Below are positions 26,031-38,380 of a stretch of 64,000 bases of DNA, in pieces. Origin of the DNA: Octopus sinensis. Lineage: Eukaryota. The notes below the pieces were generated by a model, which had not been told where the DNA came from, did no database searches, and saw nothing but the letters and a program-made list of their open reading frames with translations. Position 1 is the stretch's first letter, and every line of letters starts with the position of its first letter. The translations under genes and the position numbers were made by a program. The stretch lies in NCBI RefSeq assembly GCF_006345805.1, contig NC_043005.1:48856001-48920000 (forward strand), written 5' to 3'.

Positions 26031-26239
26031 TGATGGAGGTTATAATTTAGATCACTTTAAAAGAACAATTTTTTTTAAATCCTGGATCCAGGGGCAATCT
26101 CCAATAGGCTGCTTATAGAAGAGTTAAATACATGACCTTCAACTTATAGCTGATTGAAATCCCCCAAACATATTAATGGTATTCTAATGATTTCACTCTT
26201 TGTCACAAACTCACAAATATGTATATATATATATATATA

Positions 26240-26465
26240 TATGTACAAAGTAGATGTAGGGGTTTTTAAATCAAAGCTGGACCTCTTCCTGTCTAGAGTC
26301 CCAGATGAACCTACCTCACGGCAAGAGGAGCAAATGAGGGTAGCTATATCAAACTCCATTCTTTATCAAGTGCCACATATTAGAGGAGGCTCTTTGTAAT
26401 AACAAGTGTAGCAAAATGGCAGTACATCAGCATGGCCACAGCTCTGAGCTGAAACTAAAAAGAAA

Positions 26466-26468
<3 letters not shown>
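26240..26468 (+). mobile_element. LINE 3' terminus (CR1/L2 group) sharing its tail with SINE family A
   Basis: ORF end KVDVGVFKSKLDLFLSRVPDEP (FKxxLDxFL motif), then cagcatggccacagct...ctgaaactaaaaag. Confidence 0.65.
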
Positions 26469-26509
<41 letters not shown>

Positions 26510-26612
26510 GCAGTAATGTTGTATAAATGGTTGAATCATTCTCAGTACATAATTGGTTCTGAACTCAAAGGAGCCAACTGAAGAAGTAAAGTCTAACGAG
26601 AAGTCCAGTTAA

Positions 26613-26832
26613 CCTTTTTATTACTGTATTTATTTTGAGATGCTCTGTGTGTCTTTCAATTACTTTAAATATAACAAAGAATTTAGTAAAATAACTTAAT
26701 TATCATTCAGCTAGTGTTAGGAACATAAATTGTGACTGAGGTTTGGTGGAAGATTTTAATTCAAAACTTATGAAAACAAGAAATTTGTACTTAGAGCCAG
26801 AGCTGGTTTCAGCTAGGTTGGTAACAAAAGGG
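26613..26832. mobile_element. TTAA-flanked MITE (piggyBac-like)
   Basis: TTAA at 26609-12 and 26833-36; TIR cctttttattac / gtaacaaaaggg (10/12). A related fragment lies at 25737-25840. Confidence 0.75.
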
Positions 26833-27579
26833 TTAATGGATTGAATTAAAACCCCAAAACGTATGACTGACACAACCCTGAAAGGATAAAATGCAAATGA
26901 ACAGCTCTTTAATAAATAAGAGATAGTTTTTTATTGCTGCAGCTGAGAATCACAACAAGAACAACAACAGTCAAAAGAATAAAATAAAAGATAACCATAA
27001 AAAGAAAAAAAACTGAATGTATTGATATTTAAATAAAAAAAATAGTAATAACAATAAGAAAAACTACAGTGATTCTGTTTATTATTGTGGCTGTGAATGA
27101 CTTCTGGGAGAATGTTTTGATGATTAAAAGGTTTGTAAGTCCTGTCAGATAAGGCAGAATGACAGATGTTGACATCACCTCCTTCAAGAATTTTGACAGA
27201 GGTTTAGTAATCACTCGTCTGTAGGGATACAAACAGACAACATACACACATACACACACACACACATACTCACACACACTCATGCATGCACATACAGACC
27301 CACACACTCACTCACACGCACACACATTCACTCACTCACATACACATACATAGATACATGCACATGTACACACACATACACAAATATACACATGTATGTG
27401 TAAAGATGTATACATATGTGTGTGTGTGTGTATGGATGTATATATTAAATACATGTATTAATAAAAATATATATCAACACAAGTATATATAAATGCACAC
27501 ACACTATACACACACACGTACAGATATCAAAATTAAACAAAAAAAAATCTGTTTACACTCACACATACATATATATAAT

Positions 27580-27625
<46 letters not shown>

Positions 27626-27864
27626 TGCACAAATGTTTATACAGATATATGTGTATATATATAGTACATATATATATATAAATATGTCTATATACATAAA
27701 CATACATATATACACAGGCACACGTACATTTACACATGCTTGTATATATGTATCATATGTATGTAAATGTGTATATATATGTATATACATATATATATAT
27801 ATATGTGTATATATATATAGATATACACACACACACATATATATATATATATACCTACATTCTG

Positions 27865-27941
<77 letters not shown>

Positions 27942-28054
27942 AGAATGTAGGTATATATATATATTTATATATATATATGTAAATGTGTATATTCATGCAT
28001 GTGTATGAATATGTATACATGTGTGTATGCATATATAGATACACATACATATAT

Positions 28055-28085
<31 letters not shown>

Positions 28086-28419
28086 TATATCTCTATGGAT
28101 ATATAAATTAAAAAATAAATTTGAGGAAAAAATAAACACATACAAAATTTTTTTATTTTCTACTGTTTTAATTCCTCGCTCTTTACACATCAAAATGGTG
28201 TTCTTCATGATAAACTTGCTAAACGTCACGTATGTAAGTCCTATTTTGGCGGTTTCTTTCTTTCCCCTACACACACCTTACTTATAAGTGATTTTTTTTC
28301 CAGGGTAGGGTACAGTTTCCCCACCTTTCCCTTAATATTATTAATCACTTCACATGTTTATTTTTTTGATTAAGTTGTCAATTACCTATTAATTACTATC
28401 ATTATTATTATTATTATTA

Positions 28420-28453
<34 letters not shown>

Positions 28454-28479
28454 CATTATTATTATCATTATTATTATTA

Positions 28480-28650
28480 TGGTGGTGAGCTGGCAGAATC
28501 GTTAGCACACCAGGCAAATTCAGCCAAGGTCAACTTTGCTTTTCATCCTTTCGGGGTTGATAAATTAAATACCAGTAAAACACTGGGGTCGATGTAATCA
28601 ACTAGTCCCCTTTCCCCAAGATTTGAAGCCTTGTGCCTTTACTAGAAAGG

Positions 28651-28700
<50 letters not shown>

Positions 28701-29037
28701 GTTGGTGAGCTGGCAGAATCATTAAGCACACCAGGTAAATTCCACCAAGATCAACTTTGCCTTTCATCTGTTTGGTGTTGATAAAATAAATTACCAATTG
28801 AGCACTGTGAGGTTGAGGTAATCAACTTACCCTCTCCCCTAAAATTGCTGGGCTTGTGTCAAAATTTGAAATCATACGGTAGTGAGCTGGCAGAATCATT
28901 AGCACATTGTTACTTTCTGAGTTCAAATTCTGGCGAGGTTGACTTTGTCTTTCATCCTTTCAAGGTCAATAAAATAAGTAGCAGTCAAGCTTATCCCCTC
29001 CCGCAAAATTTCAGGCTTTGTGCCTATAGTAGAAAGA

Positions 29038-29040
<3 letters not shown>
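28480..29040 (+). mobile_element. Three tandem SINE family B copies separated by (ATT)n, just upstream of exon B
   Basis: ggtgagctggcagaatc-type heads at ~28483, ~28704 and ~28881. Confidence 0.85.
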
Positions 29041-29084
<44 letters not shown>

Positions 29085-29289
29085 GCCAATTTTTCCCACC
29101 TCTATTTTTGGGGGGCAGGGGAGCAGTGTTTTTTTTTTTCTTTTTCATAAATAAATATTTTAATTTATAAAACTTCAACATAAATCAAATTTCTAACCAT
29201 TTTTGTCATTCTTTTAGTTATTGGTGCTGTCGTTGTTGTTTTTTAATTCTTTATTATGTTTTATCTTTTTTTTTTTTTTTAAATTGCAG

Positions 29290-29519
29290 TCGCTGGTAAA
29301 GAGGCATTCCAAGAACACACTTCCATCCATTTTAAACATGCATGCCCAATGTGTGAATATAAATCAAGAACCGAAGGAAGACTGAAAAAACATATTGAGA
29401 ACTTTCATAGCAACACTTCTCCAGAACAACTGGCTGCCAATAAACAGAAGAAAGGCAAGATGCCGGCTAAACCAAAGAAATTTACTTGTAAAACTTGTGG
29501 CCATGAAACACCTACAAAG
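29290..29519 (+). CDS. hb: hunchback coding exon B: end of N-finger 1, N-finger 2, start of central finger 1
   Basis: Acceptor (t)n-aaattgcag ends at 29289 (phase 1). Reads (V)AGKEAFQEHTSIH-FKHACPMCEYKSRTEGRLKKHIENFH...FTCKTCGHETPTK. Donor AAG|GTACTT at 29519/29520 is phase 0. Confidence 0.93.
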
Positions 29520-29606
29520 GTACTTTTTTTTTTTTCCTTATATTCTTGGATCTTTTCCATTGCTGTCACAAATTTGGAAATTTCAAGTTTAAGAGAAAAT
29601 TTTCAA

Positions 29607-30020
29607 ATTTGGTATGTTGATATAATTTTTTTATGCTGAATCCAAATTTGAGCTTCATTTATTCCAGAAAAAAAAATTTAGTAAAACATTACTGAAGTTC
29701 AAAGTTTGATCTCTTTTTAGCCAATCAGAAAACAGAAATCAGTAGCCAGTATTTTCTGTGTGATAGTTATTTATCACAAAACTTGTAGTGGTTACAATGG
29801 TGAAAGTGCCACAGTCATGCCAATACAGTGTCCTTGTTACAGTGACAACAGAGCAGACTATAGCTTTGCTTGTCACTATGGAACGAGACACCAATGTGAG
29901 ATTTACAGTCACGTGTATAATGGTGACTTTCGATTGGCTGTCTTTTTTATTTATTAATTTATGGCAAAAATGCATTTCATTTTCATACTCAGCATACAAG
30001 ACTAAATCAGTATACCAAAT
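29607..30020. mobile_element. Degenerate MITE-like element in intron 2
   Basis: Imperfect inverted termini atttggtatgttgat..tatgctga / tcagcata..atcagtataccaaat, plus internal inverted gccaatc / gattggc. Confidence 0.5.
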
Positions 30021-30261
30021 GCTAAAAATAGCATCCAAATCTCCCCTCAGATAACAATCTACTGTCAGCCTAGTTCTAAATATGCTAAGTCTGTAAAAGA
30101 AAAGATTTGATGGTCACCAGTGGAATGCCTTTCATCATAAATTTGTTCAATCATGGCTGATCTATGATTAAACAATAATGATTTTAGGATGGGGTTTAAC
30201 CTTGGTCAGTTCTGGTAAGACAGACCTATCACCAAAAGCATTCTAACCAAAAACATCTATC

Positions 30262-30500
30262 TCATCATCATCATCATCATTTAACATATGTTTTCCATAC
30301 TGGCATCTGTTGGACAGTTTGACAGGAGCTGGCAAGCTGAAGAGTTGTACCAGGCTCCAATTATCTGTTTTGGCAGGTTTCTATAGCTGGATGCCCTTCC
30401 TAATGCCAAGCACTTTACAGAGTGTACTGGGTACTTTTTATGTGGTACCAGCACCAGTACGTTTTATATGGTGCCAGCACAGGTGCTTTTAATGTGGCAT
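30262..30500 (-). mobile_element. SINE/LINE 3' segment family D with (GAT)n tail, RTE-like
   Basis: catcatcat-ttaac..ttccatactggcat..caccaggctcc..agctggatgcccttcctaa; same family as the 62272 and 63294 copies. Confidence 0.7.
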
Positions 30501-30869
30501 CAGCACATCTATCTTTTGTATTTTTAATGTAGTATATTTAAGACTATATTTTCCAATTTATACTTTTTTTAAATGTTATCTGAGAAAGATTTGGCTACTA
30601 TCTATACTAGTTTGAGTGAGCTTGTAAAGGCGTCCCTTATTAACTAGTATTGATTTCTTTAAAGTTATTTTAATGGCCATAGGTTTTTTTGATAACTGAG
30701 TTCAGAGTTCATTTAGAAAGCCATTTTAATTATGACACCCTGCTTACACATGTACACACAAACCCCAACAGCAGCACAAACTCACAATATTGTTTTATAA
30801 CGTATACTTGCAATGTAATTTTATATGTATTTGTATGTAGTTTTATTAAAACATATTTATAATATAGTT

Positions 30870-31330
30870 TTGGCAGCAAGCTAGCAGAACTGTTGGCACA
30901 CCAGGCAAAATGCTTAGCTGCTTTTTCTCTATCTTGATGTTCTGAGTTTAAATTTTTGTTGAGGTCAACTTTCACTTTTATGATTTCGGGTTCGATAAAA
31001 TAAGTACCTGTGGAGTACTGAGATCAATGTAATTGACTTACCTCTCTCCCTAACTTGGTAGCCTCATGCCAAAATTTGAAACCAATATTCTGCATCTTTA
31101 AGACAGCAAGCTGGCAGAATTGTTAATGTGCCAGGCAAAATGCTTAGCAGCATTCTGCCTGTCTTCACTTTCTGAGTTCAAATTCCTCCTCAGGTCAACT
31201 TTGCTTTTCATCCTTTTAAGGTCAATAAAAGAAGTACTAGTTGAACAATGGTGGGGGGGGGGCTTTTTCGATGTAATCGACTTATTCAATCCCCTGAAAT
31301 TTCTGACTTTGTGCCAATATTTGAAATCCA
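30870..31330 (+). mobile_element. Two tandem SINE family B copies ending ~45 bp before exon C
   Basis: Heads ggcagcaagctagcagaa (30872) and gacagcaagctggcagaa (31102), each with the family core. Confidence 0.85.
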
Positions 31331-31375
31331 TTCTTATAATATTGTTTTAAAATATACGTATCTTTTTACTTACAG

Positions 31376-34327
31376 GTGGAATTCTGGTCACATGCCCGCT
31401 CTCATATGCGAGAGGATAAAGTCTTGAACTGCCAGTTTTGTCCGTTTGTCACTGAGTATAAGCATCATCTGGAGTATCACCTGCGAAATCATATGGGTTC
31501 AAAGCCATTCAAGTGTAGCCAGTGTAATTACCGCTGCGTTAACAAGTCCATGCTAAACAGTCACATGAAATCACATACTAACGTCTACCCATTTCGTTGT
31601 CAGGATTGTGGATATGCTACTAAATATTGCCACAGCCTGAAGCAGCATCTGGATAAGCTAGGACACATGCCATCCACTGTCCTTAACAGTGATGGCAGCC
31701 TTCCCCAAGGACTCGATAACAATGTTTCTCGGCTGAGATTTGCAAAAGGCCGACGTGTCAAAATAGCGTGCAGGGGTCCGACCCTGCGCAAACCCGATAG
31801 GCGCCAGTATATGCAGGGTGGGTTCTTTCCTATGGGGATGCCACCCCAAGTGATGAATGGAACAGTACTCCCACCATACTGGCATTTAATGAACCAGATG
31901 CCTCCGAATGGCTTTCATCCAGCTGTGCCAAGACCACCCCCGCCACTGATTCCAGTCTCTGGGACGCACTCAGGCGATCCGCACCAACATTCACCTCAAC
32001 AACAACAACAGCAATCACCTTCCCAGCAACAACAGCCACCACCACCACCTCCTCCACAACAACAGCAACCACACCAACAACATCCACCAGCACCACAACA
32101 GTCACCACAACAGCAGCAACCACTACCACACCAGCCACCACTCCAACAGCAACCACAACCACAACAGCAGCAGCCTCTGCAGCCGCCGCATAACCAGCAG
32201 CAACCGCAGCCTCTGCAACCACCTCATCCCCCTCATGCCCCTTCACAACAGCTCTCACAAGGCCAGCAGCACACACAGCAGTCACAGGTTCAACTCCCAA
32301 CACAGCCATCGCAGCAACATCCGCAACAGCTTCCACAGCATCATCATCATACACAGCAACAACATCAACAACAGCAGCAGCAACAACAACAACAGCAACA
32401 ACAGCTCTCCACTCTACAACAGTCTCAGAACCAACAACACCAACAACAACAGCAACCACAACAACAACAACCACAACAACCACCACAACAACCACAACAA
32501 CAACCTCCACAACAACAAATGCAACAACAACAGCAAACACAGCAAGCACAGCAGCATCAGCAGCATCCCCCACAAGATATTTCTGTTTCTACCTCAGTGA
32601 CATCTGTTGTCAATTCAGGCTTGTACAAGTGTACCTTCTGCAGTGTAACAACTGAAACTATGGAAGCCTTGAACAACCACCTCTTAAAAGTTCATGCTGC
32701 AGAGAACCAAGATTTATTTAATGCTTTTGGCATTTCCTCTGAAGCACTCCTTGAAGATCACAATTTGCGATCAACAATGATATCAAATACGTTTAATCAA
32801 CCTGATGTTTCAGACACTAAACGAACAGAAACATCAGATTCAATGTATGGAAGCTCTGATACAAATTTTCAGCAGTCAAACAATGGAAGTCCACAATTTA
32901 CTGATATCAAATCTGACATAAAATCAGAGAATGTTCCACCGAAATCTAATGGTGTGGCTACACATTCCATAATTCAGTCCAGTGAGTCAACATCACCCCA
33001 GGCTAGCACAATCAAACAAATGATGAACCGCTTTGGTATGGGTCCTCTTTCTGCATCTCAAGCCAGCCCTGATGTGCCACAAACAACTGAAATTCCTCTG
33101 GACCTACGTAAACCAAAGTCACCGATCATGTCTACTCCTTTCATAGGTGGTGGTCATGACCTTGAAGGCAGAAATAACAACCTTCCTGGTTCTACTGTTC
33201 AGCCAACAAATGTTCTTACTTCCCCCATCACAAGCATCCATAGCTCTGCGATGACAAACATGAAACGTACTCCTTTTCAAGAAGCCATACCTAAGAAACG
33301 ATCTAGAAAAAGCAGAGCATTTAAGCGAGACACTTTTCAAATAAAATATGAAGACCATCTGTCTATGACAGATGTCGATGAGGAACTTTCTCATGGTAAT
33401 AAAAGCAGTAGTGTTAGCCCAGATGTGCCGCCAGATTGCATGGAACCTCAAACCTCTGAGTGTACATCAGATACAGCAGCATATTCCATGTACTCTGCGG
33501 ATAAGAGAAAGACACCGACTGAAGATTACCCTACTGGATCTTTCCGGTCAACTCCAAGCAACGAAAAGAGTCCACAAGGGACGGAAGAACATGTGATCAG
33601 CTATGAACAGCTTCATAAAAGTTTGCAGATTCTCAATGAAGAACTAGAGCATAAACCAGATATCTCTGGTCATCTTCCTAGCGGTCAGCTCAACGAGAGT
33701 ATGTCAGTTTCACAACAACAACAGCAACAACCTCCTCCTCCTCCTCTTCCTCCCCATCCTTCACAGCAGCCAGTACAGCAAAACCCCCAGCTAACATCAC
33801 AGCAACTCCCACAACCTTCAACATCAGCCTCTGTATCATCCGACAGTGTTTCTGGTGATCTCTTACCTGAACAAATGAATCATTTCTTAAACACATATTA
33901 TAGCCAACAAAATTCTTTGTCAGGGATGCATCGTCGGGGTTCTAAAATTGCAATGCAAATAATCCAAGAGACAGGTAGTAGTAGCCAACACCAAGCAAAC
34001 AATCAAACGCCTCCTTCAAATTCAATGCTACCCCCACAACACAATGGGAATGTTCCCCCATTCAGACGTTACCCCATGAATCCCAATGACGGTGGCAATC
34101 CAAACAATAATAGCAATCCAAAAATGGATCGCAAAAACAAAGATCAAGAGAATGAAGAAACATTTGAGTGTGGGCATTGTGGCATTGTCTACAGAAGTTG
34201 TATAATGTATACCATTCACATGGGCTATCATTGCCAACAAGACCCACTTAAATGCAACATGTGTGGACATCAAAGCAGAGATAAGATAGAGTTTTTTATC
34301 CATATTGCCAGAGCACCCCATGTATAA
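31376..34327 (+). CDS. hb: hunchback terminal coding exon C: central fingers, Q/P-rich tract, extra finger, basic box, two C-terminal fingers
   Basis: Acceptor tctttttacttacag ends at 31375. Contains Hb signatures [50 protein letters not shown] and KCNMCG. TAA stop at 34325-34327. Confidence 0.97.
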   Translation: MEFWSHARSHMREDKVLNCQFCPFVTEYKHHLEYHLRNHMGSKPFKCSQCNYRCVNKSMLNSHMKSHTNVYPFRCQDCGYATKYCHSLKQHLDKLGHMPSTVLNSDGSLPQGLDNNVSRLRFAKGRRVKIACRGPTLRKPDRRQYMQGGFFPMGMPPQVMNGTVLPPYWHLMNQMPPNGFHPAVPRPPPPLIPVSGTHSGDPHQHSPQQQQQQSPSQQQQPPPPPPPQQQQPHQQHPPAPQQSPQQQQPLPHQPPLQQQPQPQQQQPLQPPHNQQQPQPLQPPHPPHAPSQQLSQGQQHTQQSQVQLPTQPSQQHPQQLPQHHHHTQQQHQQQQQQQQQQQQQLSTLQQSQNQQHQQQQQPQQQQPQQPPQQPQQQPPQQQMQQQQQTQQAQQHQQHPPQDISVSTSVTSVVNSGLYKCTFCSVTTETMEALNNHLLKVHAAENQDLFNAFGISSEALLEDHNLRSTMISNTFNQPDVSDTKRTETSDSMYGSSDTNFQQSNNGSPQFTDIKSDIKSENVPPKSNGVATHSIIQSSESTSPQASTIKQMMNRFGMGPLSASQASPDVPQTTEIPLDLRKPKSPIMSTPFIGGGHDLEGRNNNLPGSTVQPTNVLTSPITSIHSSAMTNMKRTPFQEAIPKKRSRKSRAFKRDTFQIKYEDHLSMTDVDEELSHGNKSSSVSPDVPPDCMEPQTSECTSDTAAYSMYSADKRKTPTEDYPTGSFRSTPSNEKSPQGTEEHVISYEQLHKSLQILNEELEHKPDISGHLPSGQLNESMSVSQQQQQQPPPPPLPPHPSQQPVQQNPQLTSQQLPQPSTSASVSSDSVSGDLLPEQMNHFLNTYYSQQNSLSGMHRRGSKIAMQIIQETGSSSQHQANNQTPPSNSMLPPQHNGNVPPFRRYPMNPNDGGNPNNNSNPKMDRKNKDQENEETFECGHCGIVYRSCIMYTIHMGYHCQQDPLKCNMCGHQSRDKIEFFIHIARAPHV
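31981..32570 (+). repeat. Coding Gln/Pro/His-rich low-complexity tract (CAA/CAG/CCA)
   Basis: Translation shows polyQ and QQP repeats between central finger 4 and the extra finger. Confidence 0.9.
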
Positions 34328-34545
34328 GTTTTATGGTAACTATGTAAAAAAAAAAAATTATAAAAATAAAAACAAACAAACGAAAAACAAAAACACAGAG
34401 ATAACAAAAAAAAAAGGAAGAGAGAAAGAGAGAGAGAGAGAAAGAGAGAGATAGCAAAATGAGAAAGTGAAAACAATATTTGGTCAATGAGCAGAGATTA
34501 GTGGCAGCTGCACGTCCTTTGTATTCTAACAAAAGCAAACAAGAA

Positions 34546-34607
<62 letters not shown>

Positions 34608-34694
34608 GAGTAATAATAATAATGATGATGATAATGATAAAGATAATGGTCCATGTTAAATTTAGAGTCTCAAAATATCTTGCCAATTCTTAAA

Positions 34695-34704
34695 GTCTCA
34701 GGGA
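34695..34704 (+). promoter_or_regulatory. lin-4/miR-125 family target site (GTCTCAGGGA) in the putative hb 3'UTR
   Basis: Exact complement of miR-125 nt 1-10 (UCCCUGAGAC), about 370 nt after the stop in non-repetitive sequence. Confidence 0.45.
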
Positions 34705-35007
34705 CGGAAATATAACTTGCATTATTCTTAAGACTTTGTTATAATTGGCAAGTGTTCGAAGAAATGTCATATCCACAAACACACACACACACACACTCAT
34801 ACACACACACACACACACATACATACACATGCATGCAAATGCTCACAAACTTACACATATCAACACATACACATACATACACCACCTTTCCCTGTCCTTA
34901 ATTCCATCATTAGTTTTCTTTTGTTTTATTTATTGGTTTCTGTCAAACTTCATATATATATATATATGGGTGAGAGAGGGAGAGGTTTGTGTGTACATAT
35001 AAATATG

Positions 35008-35056
<49 letters not shown>

Positions 35057-35292
35057 ATGAGCGTGTGTATGTGTGTGTGCGTATATATACACATGTATAT
35101 ATCCTCGAGGCAGTTGATGTATATATATAAACACACTGTACGTACACAAATATATGTACATATATATACATATATATATATATACACACACATATATATA
35201 TATGTATACATATATATACACACATATATATATATATACATATATGTATATATGTAAACAGGTATATATACATGTATATATAAATATATGCC

Positions 35293-35328
<36 letters not shown>

Positions 35329-35443
35329 TATATAGATATAGATATATATATATATATATAAACTCACTGTACGTACACACACATATATACATATATATAT
35401 ACACACACACACATACATAAGCATATATATTAACCTAAATTCA

Positions 35444-35477
<34 letters not shown>

Positions 35478-35806
35478 ATATATATATATATATCAATAAT
35501 ATACAAATACTATGTATATATATATAGCTTTAGGACTGAAACATAAGAGTATATATGTATATATGTGTATGTATATAAAACAAGGTTAAATGTGGTATTT
35601 TTCTTGAAAAATGCCTCTGTAATTTTCATTTCTGTAGCTTAACTTCCAAATATTTGGTTATTATTTCTTAAATATGGCTGTCCAGTTTGATTGTTCAAAT
35701 TGCTTATAAATATCTCTTCTGGCACTAAACAGCTGAGAGACACTCTTACTTTGTTGCTTGACATTGTTTTCCTCAAATCTTATGAAGACCTTCTTCAATA
35801 AATTAG

Positions 35807-35866
<60 letters not shown>

Positions 35867-35880
35867 TAAATATATGTATG

Positions 35881-35934
<54 letters not shown>

Positions 35935-36103
35935 ATATATATATATATATATATAAAATTGAATTTACAAATGAGAGAGAAAATACGTTAAGTACAGATT
36001 AATTATTTATTTTTATTTATTTATATACTCGTTATTAGAAGTTTGAAACTTCTTGCTAGGATCACTTCAAGTTTTGCAATTCCAATTATCAAATATGTGT
36101 GTC

Positions 36104-36169
<66 letters not shown>

Positions 36170-36240
36170 ACACACACATATATATATGTATGTATGCATG
36201 TATATACACGTATTCATATATATATTCATATATATGTATA

Positions 36241-36285
<45 letters not shown>

Positions 36286-37306
36286 GACATATATGTACAG
36301 ACGCATATATGTGTGTGTATCTATGACAGTGTATTTATAAGTATGCATGTGTAGGTGGGTGTGTATATTTGTTTGGGGGAGATGTTGGTGGTGGGGAGCT
36401 GTACATTTTTTTTCCTAAATTTCAATGAACATAGAATTCTAATCCACTTTTAGCAAAATATTTGAGTGACTTTTCATATAATTCTTATATGTATGTAATA
36501 ACTGTTTCATTGACATCTTGTATCAGTCAGTTTCTGTCGTATTCTTTGGTATAAACAGGAACTAAACACAGAACAATAATAATGATAATAATAATAATAA
36601 TAATAATAATGATAATAAATTTATATAACACACACACGTAAGGATTAGGAACTTACATATCTGGAAATATGCATATATCTATGCTTCCATCCATCCATAT
36701 ATATATATGTATGTATATGTGTGCATGCATATATATATAATAATAATAATAATAACAATAGTAATACATGCACACATGTGTGTGTGTGTCTGTATACATA
36801 TTCATATATTAATACAAATTAAGTTGCAATAATTGTTTTTTTTTCTTTGGTGAGGGCGGTTGCTAGTCTAAAGCTTATCTTAAATCAAATTCTAATTTTA
36901 AATCAAAACAAGAGAAAGAAGTATTATAAATATTATTCTAGGTTATTTGATAAGTGCCAAATAAAATGCTTGCAAATGCCAAAATTTGAAATAATTTAAA
37001 TGCTGCATTCTAAATATTGAACTCTTAACATTAATTGAAACAACACACATGATAATCCTTTTAGGCTGCAAATATCTTCCATTTTCCGAAGCCATCAAAT
37101 TTATTTTCATTTTTATCGGTATGAATGGTTGAGTGGTTGACACCATTTATTTATAATAATAGATTCAATATTGTGGCAGAAAAGTGAGCTTGGACAAGAA
37201 TGTCTGTATTTAGCTTTCAGTGGTTGCCCCCCCCCCACGCCCTGCTGTCACTAAATGTAATAGATAAAGAAAAAAAGCCTACTAGAAACGATGATAATAA
37301 TAGTGT

Positions 37307-37338
<32 letters not shown>

Positions 37339-37405
37339 GTTGTGATGGTGCCTGTCATGATGATGAGGATGATGATTTCTTTCCTAGATGATGATAATAA
37401 TAATG

Positions 37406-37447
<42 letters not shown>

Positions 37448-37779
37448 GTAGTTGTAATAATAATGATAATAATAATAATAATTATTATTATTATTATTAT
37501 AACAACTATAACAATAATAATAATTATAATAACAACAACAATAAAAATGATGATAATGATGACGATGAAATTAAGAATATGACATCATACAATCATTAAA
37601 TGTATTAAGAACATCTTACCCATAATCTACCTCAACTGCTTGGTGGATAATGTGTAACTACAGTAGATATCATGACAAATTTTTTTCATAATAATAATAA
37701 TAATATATAGTAGCAGTAATAATAATAATAATGATAACAATAATAATAGTAATTATTCTTATTATCATTATCATTAGAA

Positions 37780-37970
37780 GGTGGAGAGCTGCCAGAATCG
37801 TTAGCATGCTAGGCAAAATGCTTAGTGGCATTTAATCCATCTTTACATTCTGAGTTCAAGTTCCATCAAGGTCGACTCTGCCATTTATTCTTTCAGGGTC
37901 AATAACATAAGTATCAGTTGAGCCCCCTCCCCTGAAATTTGAGGCCTTGTGCGCCTTTATAAGAAAAGAT
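37780..37970 (+). mobile_element. SINE family B
   Basis: ggtggagagctgccagaatcgttagc...ttctgagttcaa...gcctttataagaaaagatt. Confidence 0.8.
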
Positions 37971-38380
37971 TATTATTATTATTATCATCATTATCATTGT
38001 TATACTTGGCAGTTCTCTTTTTGAGATTGGTGTAACTATGAGAACTGCATTAATTTAGAAATCTGTTCTGTTGGGAACAGCAAGGATTGTAAGAAAGGTC
38101 CTCAATATCTAAGGAACCAGATATCAAGGACATTGATTCTGAATGTAAAATATTTGTGCACACCATGGATAATAATAATAATAATGATGATTATGATGAC
38201 AACAATAATGGTCATAATGGAAATGAATGTTTTCATGTCAAGACGAACAAAGATGATGACAATGTTGATGATAATGATCATATTGTTTTAGTAAAATCCC
38301 AAAGCAAACAGTATGAGAATATCAGCTCATTTCTAATAGCAATTAATTATAATGAGTCTCATAACTGTCATTATGTATTT

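Larger units (their letters stand above)
11851..29289 (+). other. hb intron 1 (17,439 bp, GT-AG, phase 1), splitting N-finger 1
   Basis: Joining exons A and B gives CHLC-NFSVAGKEAFQE-HTSIH with exact C2H2 spacing. Confidence 0.85.
29520..31375 (+). other. hb intron 2 (1,856 bp, GT-AG, phase 0), splitting central finger 1
   Basis: Joining exons B and C gives [21 protein letters not shown], resembling the first Drosophila Hb finger. Confidence 0.93.

Noticed and set aside
29739-30054. Overlapping 65-99 aa ORFs in intron 2
   Set aside because: They lie inside a degenerate MITE-like element, and exons B and C already join in frame without them.
31830-32573. 247-aa Val/Ala-rich antisense ORF
   Set aside because: It is the antisense shadow of the Gln/Pro tract.
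35753-35768. Nanos response element-like GTTGC-N5-ATTGTT downstream of hb
   Set aside because: It has the right spacing but both boxes deviate and the Pumilio UGUA core is missing. The many TGTA(T/C)ATA matches nearby fall in microsatellites and are uninformative.
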